64,000 nt of DNA from a virus. The number at the start of each line of letters is the position of its first letter. The stretch's first letter is position 1. The stretch lies in the IMG/VR virus record IMGVR_UViG_3300043399_000633, positions 1 to 64,000 of that record, one strand, 5' to 3'. Made by a program: the position numbers and the translations under genes. The notes below the pieces were generated by a model. The model was given only the letters and a program-made list of their open reading frames with translations. It ran no database searches and was not told the DNA's origin. Positions 21,433 to 31,677 of this stretch are shown in pieces.

Positions 21433-23286
21433 ATGGCAGATCAACCAAACTTTCAAATTCCTCCGGTGGGTTTTGGATCATATTTACAAAACATTTTACC
21501 TGAAGATGTTGCAATTGCAGCCGGAGCGTTTTCATCGTCCATGCAGCAAATAAGGAACATTCAAAATGTAAATTTTGAAGAATTCGCACAAGTGGTGTCT
21601 TCTATTGAAGCTACTACTAAAAATCTGGATATGATAAACGGTACTGATGTACCTACTGATATTACATTGGCAAATGCAGGAAAAAATATATTAGCCTTAG
21701 GTAGTGGACCAAACGGTACATATACTGCTAGCGATTTGTTTGGGTGTATGTCGGGCTTGCCTTATAGTTGGAAAGAGTTACAAACTAATATTCAAACGTT
21801 GCAAACTACTAAATTGTCCAATGTATACAATCAACTTTATTTGGCAACAACATGGGAAGCCGCAACTGTTTCAGTACAATATACAACAAATCCAGGACCT
21901 ACTTATACAATCACAGGAATAACAATTACTAATTCGGGTGGGGGTTATGGTCGTGGCGGTGCTGTAGCACCTATTATAACTATATCAGGTGGTTCAGGAG
22001 CTACAGCAATTTGTACTATAGGAATAGATGACACCAATGTAGGATCAAATGGTAACGGTACATTCGGTAGATTAACATCTGTAACATTAACCTCAGCAGG
22101 TATAACTACTGGAACTATACCCACAGCAACTATTGAATGTCCGCCCATAGCATCATTACCGATTGCTATTGATGGGAGCATATCTACTAGTGGAATAAAC
22201 ACAGTAAGTGGAACTGCAGGCTGGCCCGGAATGAACACTGTTGTTAGTGATTACATAGCACAAGCGAATGCAGAAATACAAAATATAGTATCTACTAAAC
22301 CTGCACAGGTTAAAATATGCAATACTGTATATAATACTGCTGGTAGACAATTGATGATAGAACAACGTGCAAGATATAATGCTTTAGCACCTGTTCCTCC
22401 TGAACTAGATACCTATATCAATCAATATTTAGGCACTGTAATTACTTTTACAGATGCATTAGGTACCTTAGCAAAAAATACATACCCACATATGTATGCA
22501 CAAACATTAGAAGCTATAGCAGATTTGTCTACTACTGGTGGGCAGAGTATAGTGGGCTTAATGCGTCAGGAAAGAAATGCAGAAAGATTAAGGGAAATAG
22601 GTATAGAGTTAGATACTGGGATACCTGGAAATATTGGTGAAAATACATGTCCAGTTTTAATATCAAATAATACTATACCCACAGCAGAAGTAGGTATAGA
22701 TGTAACTGGTATCAATGGAAACCCCGAAGATCCAATAACAACATATACAATTCCTTCTATGTTATTACAACGAACAGATGAATTGATAGCACCAAACCCA
22801 TATGGTTATTACGATCCAAACACGAACGAATATATAAGAGTAAGTAATACAACCAATATCGAACAAATTCCACCAATTCAAGGTATTTTAAACGTTGAAA
22901 ATACCGTAATAAACAATACAAATTTACTAGGACCCTATGACAATGGAACAGGGCCTGCTATTCCATTGTCATTAATTTCATCAACTAACGTCGCAGAATT
23001 ACAATCTGGGGTGACGGACACTTCAATAGGTGGAAGTGCATCGATACAAACTCAACCTATTGCTGTCGTTATAGCAGGAGCGAGAATTCCCACAGGTCAA
23101 GGCATTCCTTTGGATGTGGGTAAACCAGAATTTTTGGGTAGCCTAGCCGGGTCGTTTGCTACTAATATAATACCTTGCACATTAAATTCTTCATATACAT
23201 CTTCTGTTCTATTACCGAATCAGTTGTCAGTACAAGAAGCAATTGATGAAGTGATTAAATGTAATTGCACCTGCTGGACAGATTAA
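21433..23286 (+). CDS. Hypothetical protein, probably virion structural
   Basis: 617 aa with ITITNSGGGY beta-repeat typical of phage structural proteins; C-terminal CNCTCW. Confidence 0.55.
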   Translation: MADQPNFQIPPVGFGSYLQNILPEDVAIAAGAFSSSMQQIRNIQNVNFEEFAQVVSSIEATTKNLDMINGTDVPTDITLANAGKNILALGSGPNGTYTASDLFGCMSGLPYSWKELQTNIQTLQTTKLSNVYNQLYLATTWEAATVSVQYTTNPGPTYTITGITITNSGGGYGRGGAVAPIITISGGSGATAICTIGIDDTNVGSNGNGTFGRLTSVTLTSAGITTGTIPTATIECPPIASLPIAIDGSISTSGINTVSGTAGWPGMNTVVSDYIAQANAEIQNIVSTKPAQVKICNTVYNTAGRQLMIEQRARYNALAPVPPELDTYINQYLGTVITFTDALGTLAKNTYPHMYAQTLEAIADLSTTGGQSIVGLMRQERNAERLREIGIELDTGIPGNIGENTCPVLISNNTIPTAEVGIDVTGINGNPEDPITTYTIPSMLLQRTDELIAPNPYGYYDPNTNEYIRVSNTTNIEQIPPIQGILNVENTVINNTNLLGPYDNGTGPAIPLSLISSTNVAELQSGVTDTSIGGSASIQTQPIAVVIAGARIPTGQGIPLDVGKPEFLGSLAGSFATNIIPCTLNSSYTSSVLLPNQLSVQEAIDEVIKCNCTCWTD

Positions 23287-23387
23287 TAATCCGTTTTTCT
23301 TGAGTATTATTACCTAACGTAGTATACTTGGTAACGTTAGTTATTTGCCTAATTTTGGGTAATGTTAATTTTGAAAGGAAGTTGAAA

Positions 23388-23945
23388 ATGGAAACAACTA
23401 TAAAAACATTTAATAAACTTTTGGGTTTATTTGCAATCTATATGTTGGTTACTTTTGTAACGTCATATAAGATAAATGGAAACTTCAATGCTGAAACTTT
23501 TGATTTGACCAAATCTGCAAAATCATATGTATCAGCAAAAACAGTGGATAAAACACTAGAATGCTTGGCAATCAATATCTACAAAGAAGCTGGAAATGAA
23601 AGTTTTGAAGGTAAAGTAGCTGTAGCTCAAGTAACATTAAATAGGGTAGATCATCCGCAATTTCCAAAAGAAGTATGCGGTGTAGTATATCAAAAAAATG
23701 TATTCATGGAAAAAGTCGTATGTCAATTTAGTTGGTATTGTGATGCAATCCATAGAACTAGACCAGTTAATAAAGAAGTATATGCAGAAAGTTATGCAGT
23801 TGCTAAGAAAGTTCTTCTCGAGGGATTTAGATTAGATTCACTTAATGATGCTCTGTATTATCATGCAGATTATGTAAATCCTAGATGGCCCTATGAAAGA
23901 GTGGCTAAAGTAGGGCGACATATTTTTTACAGGAGCAAAACATGA
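23388..23945 (+). CDS. Cell wall hydrolase, SleB/Hydrolase_2 family
   Basis: CLAINIYKEA, VAQVTLNRV, CQFSW, YYHADYV, GRHIFY; start placed at ATG after AAGGAA. Confidence 0.9.
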   Translation: METTIKTFNKLLGLFAIYMLVTFVTSYKINGNFNAETFDLTKSAKSYVSAKTVDKTLECLAINIYKEAGNESFEGKVAVAQVTLNRVDHPQFPKEVCGVVYQKNVFMEKVVCQFSWYCDAIHRTRPVNKEVYAESYAVAKKVLLEGFRLDSLNDALYYHADYVNPRWPYERVAKVGRHIFYRSKT

Positions 23946-24253
23946 ACTATATGGATAAAATACTAGAATTAGTAAAAGATTTTTTCTACAACAAACTTGG
24001 AAAAATGTCATCTGAAACGTTAGGCTGGTTGGCAAATATTTCATTACACTGTGCAACCATACCTTCATTTTTCGCATTGATGACTGGAATTACAGATAAG
24101 CCACCGGCAGTTGACTTAGTTTTAATGATTTGGGCAACTCTTGGCTTGTTGTTTTTTAAAGCAGTTTTGATAAAAGACTTGTTGAATATCGTGACGATTG
24201 GGGTAGGCTTTATCGTACAAGCAGCAGTAATGGCTTTGATATTTTTCAAGTAA
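23942..24253 (+). CDS. Small three-TM membrane protein
   Basis: Three hydrophobic stretches; coupled to the hydrolase gene. Confidence 0.6.
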   Translation: MNYMDKILELVKDFFYNKLGKMSSETLGWLANISLHCATIPSFFALMTGITDKPPAVDLVLMIWATLGLLFFKAVLIKDLLNIVTIGVGFIVQAAVMALIFFK

Positions 24254-24289
24254 CAACTGTTATAGTAAATACTCTACTTAAGGAAATTT

Positions 24290-25390
24290 ATGAGTTACCT
24301 ATTTACGAGTGAAAGTGTCAGCGAAGGTCATCCCGACAAAATAGCTGATGCAATTAGTGATGCAATATTAGATTTACTAATGGTTAGTGAAGATTCATCA
24401 TTAAGGTGTGCATGTGAAACTCTTGTTACCACAAATAAAGTTATCATAGCAGGTGAATATAAGGGTTTCTTACATGAACTTCAAGTAGATAGTACGGTAA
24501 GAAAAGTCGTAAAGTTGTTGGGATATGAACAAGATGGGTTTGATTGGAGAAAACTTCAAGTATTAAATTTCATGCATGGCCAAAGTGCTGATATAGCACT
24601 CGGCTCTGATACGTTTGGTGCCGGAGATCAGGGATTGATGTTTGGTTATGCTTGTAACGAAACATCAGCTTACATGCCCAGTGCTATATATTGGTCACAT
24701 CGAATCGTAGAAAAATTGGCTGAATTGCGCAAGAACAAAGTCATGACCTGTTTAGGTCCAGATGCAAAAAGCCAAGTAACATTCGAATATGACGAAAACA
24801 ATAAGCCAATTAGAATTGCCAAAGTAGTTTGCTCTACACAACACACAGAAGATACTGAAATTAATTCATTGCGTAAGGCAGTGGAAGAAGTTATTCGTGC
24901 AATTTTACCCAGGGAATATTTAGATAATGGCACTGAGTTTTTTATTAATCCTACTGGCCGTTTTGTTATCGGTGGCCCTGATGGTGATACGGGTCTCACA
25001 GGTCGTAAGATTATTGTTGATACTTATGGTGGGTATAGCCCTCATGGGGGCGGGGCTTTCAGCGGGAAAGATCCCACAAAGGTGGACCGTAGTGCTGCAT
25101 ACATGATGCGTTACATTGCTAAAAACATTGTAGCTAGTGGTAAAGCAGATTGGGCAACGTGTCAAATTAGTTATGCCATTGGTTTAAAAGACCCTATGAG
25201 TTTCTATATAGAAACGGCTGATACTGCAAAAGCGAGACAATTAACCAAATGGGTACAAGACAACGTTGACCTAACACCTAAAGGCATCATTGATAAATTT
25301 AAACTATTCAGACCAATTTATAGTAAGACTACAAATTATGGTCATTTTGGTAAACCTGACCTCCCTTGGGAAGAAGTAAATTTATTCTAA
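24290..25390 (+). CDS. metK: S-adenosylmethionine synthetase
   Basis: FTSESVSEGHPDK, GAGDQG, GGGAFSGKD signatures. Confidence 0.97.
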   Translation: MSYLFTSESVSEGHPDKIADAISDAILDLLMVSEDSSLRCACETLVTTNKVIIAGEYKGFLHELQVDSTVRKVVKLLGYEQDGFDWRKLQVLNFMHGQSADIALGSDTFGAGDQGLMFGYACNETSAYMPSAIYWSHRIVEKLAELRKNKVMTCLGPDAKSQVTFEYDENNKPIRIAKVVCSTQHTEDTEINSLRKAVEEVIRAILPREYLDNGTEFFINPTGRFVIGGPDGDTGLTGRKIIVDTYGGYSPHGGGAFSGKDPTKVDRSAAYMMRYIAKNIVASGKADWATCQISYAIGLKDPMSFYIETADTAKARQLTKWVQDNVDLTPKGIIDKFKLFRPIYSKTTNYGHFGKPDLPWEEVNLF

Positions 25391-25878
25391 TGGATGAAGA
25401 AAAAAGCAATCTTGCGAAAGGTCGAGATAGCTTTGATGCTACGGTGGGCGATAGCCTTATCCAATTTTTTAATAGAAACGTGACCTCTTACCCTACGGAA
25501 GCAGGGGGGCCAAAGTTTGATCTTGTTCCTGTTACCAAACAAAAGGATATAATGGTCAATGTTGCACGTTTACATGCGCAACAATAATATGATAGAATAA
25601 TGCAGTTAGTTGAAGTGTTACAAAAACAGGCTCAACAAATAAAACGTAGGCTTGATTTGACAGATATGGTCAATAAAGCTAAATATGAGTTTCAAACATA
25701 CCATGGTCAATTTTATTGGCTAGTATATGATCATAGGAAGAATTATTCTAGATTAACACTAACTGGACCTAAAGATTGGTGTACTGGTAAACCCGAAGAA
25801 TATGAATATTTGTGTCGCATAAAATGGTTAGGTGATTATACGTGGTTAGAAGTTGACGATAATGGGAATGCAATATGA
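25390..25878 (+). pseudogene. DUF2452-like gene interrupted by an in-frame TAA at 25585-25587
   Basis: The two ORF-track segments are in one frame and read ...LHAQQ*YDRIMQLVEVLQKQA...; family call is from memory of the YPTE.G.PKF motif. Confidence 0.6.
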
Positions 25879-26390
25879 TATCTAAAAGTCCAAAACGTGG
25901 AACCTTTCAACAAGAAAGGTCTGAAAGAAGTTTAAATGATCCTAGTATACCATTAGAAGAACGACAACATTTATTAGACCTGATTAACCTATATGGAGAA
26001 TTACAACAACAATCCGCTGCCAGAGAATTAGATCCAAACTGGCAAAAAGATAACATGGAATATGACTTGCGTACTACTTCTTGGATATTAGAAAAAGTAC
26101 GAACAAGTGATACGTATGCACAAAACCTGTATGCTGCTATGTGTAATAACGACTTCATTAAAAATGATGTAATTCCTATTTTAAAAGAACAAAAATGGAG
26201 CTGTTCTTGGAGATATGCAGGTGGAATAATCGCTGACATGAGGCAAGAAGGTGATTATATTGATTGGTATTGTTCTGGAATCGGAGGTAAGTCAGATTAT
26301 ATGTCTGAAGGTATAGTTACCGAAGAAATCAGAGCTGACCTATTTAAATTAGGTTGGATTGTAGTTGATGATGACAATATAGGTGTATAA
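25875..26390 (+). CDS. Hypothetical phage protein
   Basis: YAQNLYAAMCNN, WSCSWRYAGG, YIDWYCSG motifs; coupled ORF. Confidence 0.65.
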   Translation: MISKSPKRGTFQQERSERSLNDPSIPLEERQHLLDLINLYGELQQQSAARELDPNWQKDNMEYDLRTTSWILEKVRTSDTYAQNLYAAMCNNDFIKNDVIPILKEQKWSCSWRYAGGIIADMRQEGDYIDWYCSGIGGKSDYMSEGIVTEEIRADLFKLGWIVVDDDNIGV

Positions 26391-26457
26391 GTCTCACTAG
26401 CATAAATAACTATATTAAAGTAACTAAAAATACTAAACAAAGTATCAGGAAAATACA

Positions 26458-26838
26458 ATGGCCTATTCAGATAAAGTATTGGATCACTATAATAATCCCC
26501 GCAATGTAGGTTCATATAAAAAAACTGATGAAGATGTTGGGGTAGGTCTTGTAGGAGCCCCTGCATGTGGGGATGTCCTTCAGTTAAGTATTAAAGTAAA
26601 TAAAGAAACGGGGTTGATAGAAGATGCTAGATTTAAAACGTATGGGTGCGGGTCGGCGATTGCTGCATCAAGTCTTGTCACAGAATGGGTTAAAGGGAAA
26701 TCGCTCGATGAAGCCGCAACAATCCGAAATACTGAAATCGCACAAGAACTCGCACTTCCCCCAGTCAAAATCCACTGCTCAATTTTAGCAGAAGATGCAA
26801 TCAAAGCTGCCATTGATGATTACCGAAAAAAACATTAA
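26458..26838 (+). CDS. iscU: Fe-S cluster scaffold IscU
   Basis: YSDKVLDHYNNPRNVG, APACGD, YGCGSAIA, LPPVKIHCS. Confidence 0.96.
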   Translation: MAYSDKVLDHYNNPRNVGSYKKTDEDVGVGLVGAPACGDVLQLSIKVNKETGLIEDARFKTYGCGSAIAASSLVTEWVKGKSLDEAATIRNTEIAQELALPPVKIHCSILAEDAIKAAIDDYRKKH

Positions 26839-26980
26839 AAGCCCCTGCATAAATTTATGCAGATTAGATGAATTTAATGTTTGTATAGGGTGTAAAAGGC
26901 ATCTTGATGAGATTGCTGAATGGTCAAGAATGGGATATGAGGAAAAATTAAAAATAGTTCAACGTACACAAAATGCCTAA
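26816..26980 (+). CDS. DUF1289-like small Cys-rich protein
   Basis: SPCINLC...CIGCKRHLDEIAEW. Confidence 0.75.
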   Translation: MITEKNIKSPCINLCRLDEFNVCIGCKRHLDEIAEWSRMGYEEKLKIVQRTQNA

Positions 26981-27443
26981 AGCCTATATCTTAATCGGAG
27001 TTCCCGGATCAGGAAAATCTACATGGATAGCAAAAGCACCTGTAGATTGGAACAACACAGTAGTTGCAAGCACAGACAACTATGTTGAACAAGAAGCCAA
27101 AAAACAGGGAAAAACCTATAGCGAAGTCTTTAATGATGTAATGCCAGCAGCAGTAAATCATATGGCTACGACCGTGGTTAATGCAGTTAAAAACAAGCAA
27201 AATATAATTTGGGATCAAACCAGTACAACCAGACACACACGTGCCAAAAAAATTAGAATGCTACCTACTGATTATGAAATCATTGCCGTAGTATTCCCTA
27301 CTCCAGATCAGAAAGAATTATCTAGGAGACTTGCTGGTCGTCCCGGCAAAACAATACCGCCGGATGTTATCAAGTCAATGATCAATAGGTGGGAAGAACC
27401 CACTGAAGATGAGGGATTCGACAAAATTATATACGTAAAATAA
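26973..27443 (+). CDS. P-loop kinase (AAA_33 / polynucleotide-kinase-like)
   Basis: Walker A GVPGSGKST, WDQT, EEPTEDEGF. Confidence 0.85.
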   Translation: MPKAYILIGVPGSGKSTWIAKAPVDWNNTVVASTDNYVEQEAKKQGKTYSEVFNDVMPAAVNHMATTVVNAVKNKQNIIWDQTSTTRHTRAKKIRMLPTDYEIIAVVFPTPDQKELSRRLAGRPGKTIPPDVIKSMINRWEEPTEDEGFDKIIYVK

Positions 27444-27444
27444 T

Positions 27445-27747
27445 ATGGATCACGAAGAACTTAAAAGAAAAAACTCTACACGCCGTCACCGAGACGAAGT
27501 TGCAGTAAAAAAACAAGTACGCATTGCTAAAGAACATAATATGTCGGAGCCTGGCAAATTTTTAGAAAACGCACATCGTTATCATAAGCGACATGCAATG
27601 GATTGTGGAAATCCTCAATGTTATCTGTGTGGCAATCCTAGAAAAACGCATAAAGATAAATTGACACTGCAAGAAAAAAGATTGTTTCAGGACGCCGATG
27701 CTACGAACGATAAGCATAGTAATGGATTGCCTCCTGCTGAAGAATGA
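27445..27747 (+). CDS. Hypothetical basic protein with CxxxxCxxC
   Basis: CGNPQCYLCGNPR motif. Confidence 0.6.
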   Translation: MDHEELKRKNSTRRHRDEVAVKKQVRIAKEHNMSEPGKFLENAHRYHKRHAMDCGNPQCYLCGNPRKTHKDKLTLQEKRLFQDADATNDKHSNGLPPAEE

Positions 27748-28646
27748 AAGTTTTACTTTTAGGTAGCGCTGGCTATATAGGCTCGTTGTTTTCAAAAAAA
27801 ACAAAGTTCTCAATTCAAAACGTAGATTTGTGTTTATTTAAAAAACCAATTGACTCCGATATAACGATAGAAAACTATAATAATGTAGATATCAGTGAAG
27901 CTGATGTAATTATTTGTTTAGCCGGACATAGTAGTGTGCAAATGTGTGAACATAGTCCTAGCCGTTCATGGACGAACAACGTTCAATATTTTAGAAATTT
28001 ATGTGAACGTTTACTGAAACATCAAAAATTAATATACGCATCTAGTGCCAGTGTCTATGGCAAAACACTATCTATATCTACTGAAGATAGCGATATTAAC
28101 TTCAATGTATTAAATCATTACGATCTTCAAAAAATTACCATTGACTTGATAGCCAATAAATATATCGCTGAAGGAAAAAACATCATAGGATTAAGATTTG
28201 GCACGGTAAATGGGGCTAGCCCAAATACCAGAAGTGATCTAATGATAAATTCTATGGTGAAGTCTGCTATAGATACGGGATGTTTAAATGTAAAAAACTC
28301 AAGTATTCGCAGGGCAATTTTAGGAATTAACGATGCTTGCCGAGCGATAGAGTTACTAGTAGAAGAAAAGGTTGAATCAGGGCAATACAATTTAGCTTCT
28401 TTTAACAGTAATGTCGGTGATATAGCTAATGCAGTATCAGAGATTACGAAAGCAGATGTTATCAAACACCAAGATGATCTAATAGCATACGACTTTGAAT
28501 TGAGTACACAAAAATTTATTAATGCTACTGGATTCACATTTAAAGATAATTTAGAAACATTGGTTCAGGGATTACGAGAATATAGTTCGGTAATAAATTT
28601 TGATGTGAGAGATAATGATAGATACTTTGAACATTACATGTCTTGA
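27744..28646 (+). CDS. NAD-dependent epimerase/dehydratase (extended SDR)
   Basis: GSAGYIG, YASSASVYG, YDLQK, RFGTVNG. Confidence 0.88.
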   Translation: MKVLLLGSAGYIGSLFSKKTKFSIQNVDLCLFKKPIDSDITIENYNNVDISEADVIICLAGHSSVQMCEHSPSRSWTNNVQYFRNLCERLLKHQKLIYASSASVYGKTLSISTEDSDINFNVLNHYDLQKITIDLIANKYIAEGKNIIGLRFGTVNGASPNTRSDLMINSMVKSAIDTGCLNVKNSSIRRAILGINDACRAIELLVEEKVESGQYNLASFNSNVGDIANAVSEITKADVIKHQDDLIAYDFELSTQKFINATGFTFKDNLETLVQGLREYSSVINFDVRDNDRYFEHYMS

Positions 28647-29823
28647 TAAATGTCTTTGTTGTCAAAGTGATAATCTCACGACCGTATTAGACTTGCAAAC
28701 ACAACCTTTAGCTAATTCATATCTTGGTGATAGCTATGAAAAAGAATTTAACTATCCATTGGCATTAAACTACTGCAACAATTGCGGTCATTTGCAATTA
28801 ACACATGCAGTAAATCCTGACCTTCTTTTTAAAAATTACCTATATGTAAGTGGTACTACGCAAACATTGCGTGACTATTTCAATAAGTTTGTCAAAACAA
28901 TAAGTATGTATCTACCTAAGTCTGAACCATATCATGTATTAGATATAGCATGTAATGACGGTTCACAATTGGATGCATTTAAAAAATACGGCCACTATAC
29001 ATATGGCATAGATCCTGCAGAAAATCTATATCACTTGAGTAGTAAAAATCATACAGTAGTATGTGATTACTTTAATCAACAGTCGATAGAAAAAATAGGT
29101 GTACCAAACTTTGATGTCATCATAGCTCAAAACGTTTTTGCACATAACTCTTATCCTGAAGAATTTTTAAATGTTTGCAGGTCTAAACTCAGTATTAATG
29201 GTAGGTTATTTGTACAAACTAGTCAAGCAGATATGGTAAAGTACGGTCAATTCGATACGATATACCATGAACATATTTCATTCTTTAATGTACATTCAAT
29301 GTATCATTTAGCAAAGCGTACAGGAATGTATTTAGAGGATGTATTTAAAACAGACATTCATGGTACTAGTTATGTCTTTGTGCTAACGTCTGATTGCAAA
29401 TATGACAATTCTGATTTATTGTTAAAGAATGAACCTAAACAAACATTCCAAGACGTACAACTTTTTGCTGAAAAGGCAATATTAACTGTTAATAGTCTAA
29501 AAGAAGAATTGAAAAACTACGAAGATTGTTATATTGTAGGGTATGGCGCCGCAGCAAAAGGAAACACATTACTTAATTTTGGTAACATCAATTTGGATTA
29601 CATCGTAGATGATAATCCATTAAAACACGGTATGTATACTCCTGGTAGAAAAATAAAAATCGTGTCTTTAGATACTATGCTTGAATTAGCCGGTAATCGT
29701 GAGATAGTATGGGTTCCATTGTCATGGAACTTCTTTGATGAAATACTAAACCGTGTGAAAAACAAATACGATAAGCCTACAACTTTTATCAAGTATTTTC
29801 CTAAATTAGAAATTATAAAATGA
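28615..29823 (+). CDS. NDP-hexose C-methyltransferase family protein
   Basis: N-terminal Zn site (CLCC...CNNC), QPLANSY, DIACNDG, YHEH, GYGAAAKG. Confidence 0.88.
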   Translation: MIDTLNITCLDKCLCCQSDNLTTVLDLQTQPLANSYLGDSYEKEFNYPLALNYCNNCGHLQLTHAVNPDLLFKNYLYVSGTTQTLRDYFNKFVKTISMYLPKSEPYHVLDIACNDGSQLDAFKKYGHYTYGIDPAENLYHLSSKNHTVVCDYFNQQSIEKIGVPNFDVIIAQNVFAHNSYPEEFLNVCRSKLSINGRLFVQTSQADMVKYGQFDTIYHEHISFFNVHSMYHLAKRTGMYLEDVFKTDIHGTSYVFVLTSDCKYDNSDLLLKNEPKQTFQDVQLFAEKAILTVNSLKEELKNYEDCYIVGYGAAAKGNTLLNFGNINLDYIVDDNPLKHGMYTPGRKIKIVSLDTMLELAGNREIVWVPLSWNFFDEILNRVKNKYDKPTTFIKYFPKLEIIK

Positions 29824-30569
29824 AAACTGTCATCACGCATTTTTATAACGAAGAACACTTATTACCCTGGTGGCTTGAATACCATAAGAAAATTTTTGAT
29901 TTTGGTGTATTGATAAACTATCAAAGCACAGACCGTTCTGTAGAATTATGTAAAGAAATATGTCCACATTGGCAGGTTGTTTCTTCGATGCACACATATT
30001 TTGATGCTGAAAATTGTGACAACGAAGTAACCTTTTATGAAAATCAATTATCAGGTTGGAGAATCGCATTAACTACAACAGAGTTCTTAGTGGGCAATGT
30101 TAATAAATTGTGCAACAACAACCCTGCACATCAACAACATATTATACCGGGCATAAGATTTACTAAATGGGATCCATTAGGTTCACTTGATAGAAATAAA
30201 CAATTATGGGAACAAGTTACTACTGGGATATCGTATTATGATAATTACATTGCACATCAAGGTAGAAGCTTGCATAATTACACTGGATTGAAGTATCCCA
30301 CTGGTCGTCACTTTGGACCATACACCACAGAAGAAGCTTTAATATTTCATTACGCACATGCAATTGTTGGTAAAGAAATGATACAACGGAGACTACAGTT
30401 TCAATATAAAATTAGTGACAGGGATAAAGAACGTGGTATAGGAAATCATCATTATGTAAATAAAAATGGACTCACGTTTAATGGACTCTATGAAATGCAT
30501 ACACATTTTATATCACAAGGTCAAACTGATTGTTCCGTTTTTATTGAAAAAATGTTCGGGAAACAATAA
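29820..30569 (+). CDS. Glycosyltransferase family 2-like protein
   Basis: HFYNEEHLLPWWLEYH, STDRSVE. Confidence 0.7.
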   Translation: MKTVITHFYNEEHLLPWWLEYHKKIFDFGVLINYQSTDRSVELCKEICPHWQVVSSMHTYFDAENCDNEVTFYENQLSGWRIALTTTEFLVGNVNKLCNNNPAHQQHIIPGIRFTKWDPLGSLDRNKQLWEQVTTGISYYDNYIAHQGRSLHNYTGLKYPTGRHFGPYTTEEALIFHYAHAIVGKEMIQRRLQFQYKISDRDKERGIGNHHYVNKNGLTFNGLYEMHTHFISQGQTDCSVFIEKMFGKQ

Positions 30570-30579
30570 AATGCATCAT

Positions 30580-30654
30580 GCGCTTGTAGTTTAGTGGCAG
30601 AATCAGGGTCTCTAAAGCCCACAGGCATGGGTTCGAATCCCATCGAGCGCACCA
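30580..30654 (+). tRNA. Amber suppressor tRNA, anticodon CTA
   Basis: Acceptor GCGCTTG/CGAGCGC + ACCA; D-loop AGTGG; anticodon loop CT-CTA-AA (30610-30616) on a GGGT/GCCC stem; T arm ATGGG-TTCGAAT-CCCAT. Confidence 0.88.
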
Positions 30655-30682
30655 ATCATAAATACATTTTTAGGAGAAAATA

Positions 30683-31246
30683 ATGTCGTAGATTGAATAT
30701 GCTTGTAAAGATATAGTCTTCCACTTCAACAAGAAGCATTTAGAAGACGAGACCATTCCCATGTGGGTTTTAAAATTTCATGGTGAAACGTATTATGTGA
30801 ATCATGTGGAATGCAATATTCCCTGGTCTACCAAAGAGACACCCGATAATTCACATACTAAAGGCAGTATCAAAGTCAAAGACTGTTTATTACAGATTGA
30901 CGAGAACAACGAAGCCAAAATACTACCCATTACTATCATAGATAAAGCACGAATCCATAATGCCAAGAAAGGTATTACACGTATAGTTATTAGCGAGAAG
31001 AACTTTGGTGGAAATAAACTACGCAATATTTTACAAGAGCGCAATATTAAACATGGACCAATCAAAAGCATAGGTGGAGCCTGCACAACAACTTTTTACG
31101 TAACTGATATATACAACCAATCTGATGTCGTATATCTTGCATTGATGCTGAGTGATACAGATTTTAGAAAACTCATGCCCAATGAAGGATACTATAAAAT
31201 GTATGATGATCCTAAATACAGTGCTGATATCGATTTGGATATATGA
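30683..31246 (+). CDS. Hypothetical protein with in-frame TAG at codon 3 (probable read-through; the ORF track starts at 30761)
   Basis: AGGAG RBS at 30672-30676, then ATG TCG TAG ATT GAA TAT... continuing in frame into the 30761 ORF, whose ATG has no clear RBS. Confidence 0.7.
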
Positions 31247-31314
31247 TGACGATTAAATGCAGATAAAATCCTTAAAATAATCATATAAATAAATTTTTAA
31301 GGAGATTAGCCACA

Positions 31315-31608
31315 ATGAAAAAAATAATAGTGGCGTTCCTATCCTGCTTATATGGCACTATAGCTAACGCACAAACAGATTTTGTAACAATACCTAAACA
31401 GGTTACATGTGGGCCGTTACAACATATTATCTCGGCACTAATGTCTTCTGATATCAATGAAAAACCTGTTTTAGTAGGCAAAGACGATAATGAAAAAAGT
31501 GACTATGCAATTTTTCTTAATGCGGAAACTAAGACATTCACCATTGTTCAAATAATTAAAGCAACAGGTTGTATATTAGGATCTGGGAAAATCATTCCAA
31601 CAATGTAA
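31315..31608 (+). CDS. Small secreted hypothetical protein
   Basis: MKK-hydrophobic-ANA signal peptide; TATAAATA at 31284-31291 and AGGAG upstream. Confidence 0.65.
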   Translation: MKKIIVAFLSCLYGTIANAQTDFVTIPKQVTCGPLQHIISALMSSDINEKPVLVGKDDNEKSDYAIFLNAETKTFTIVQIIKATGCILGSGKIIPTM

Positions 31609-31611
31609 CAT

Positions 31612-31629
31612 TTGTCATCATTTTGTCAT
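31612..31629 (+). promoter_or_regulatory. Pho box upstream of pstS
   Basis: TTGTCAT-CATT-TTGTCAT, 11-bp periodic direct repeat matching the PhoB consensus CTGTCAT. Confidence 0.75.
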
Positions 31630-31677
31630 ATTAAAATGCAATAATAAGTTTAAATATTCATATACAAAGGAGAAAGT

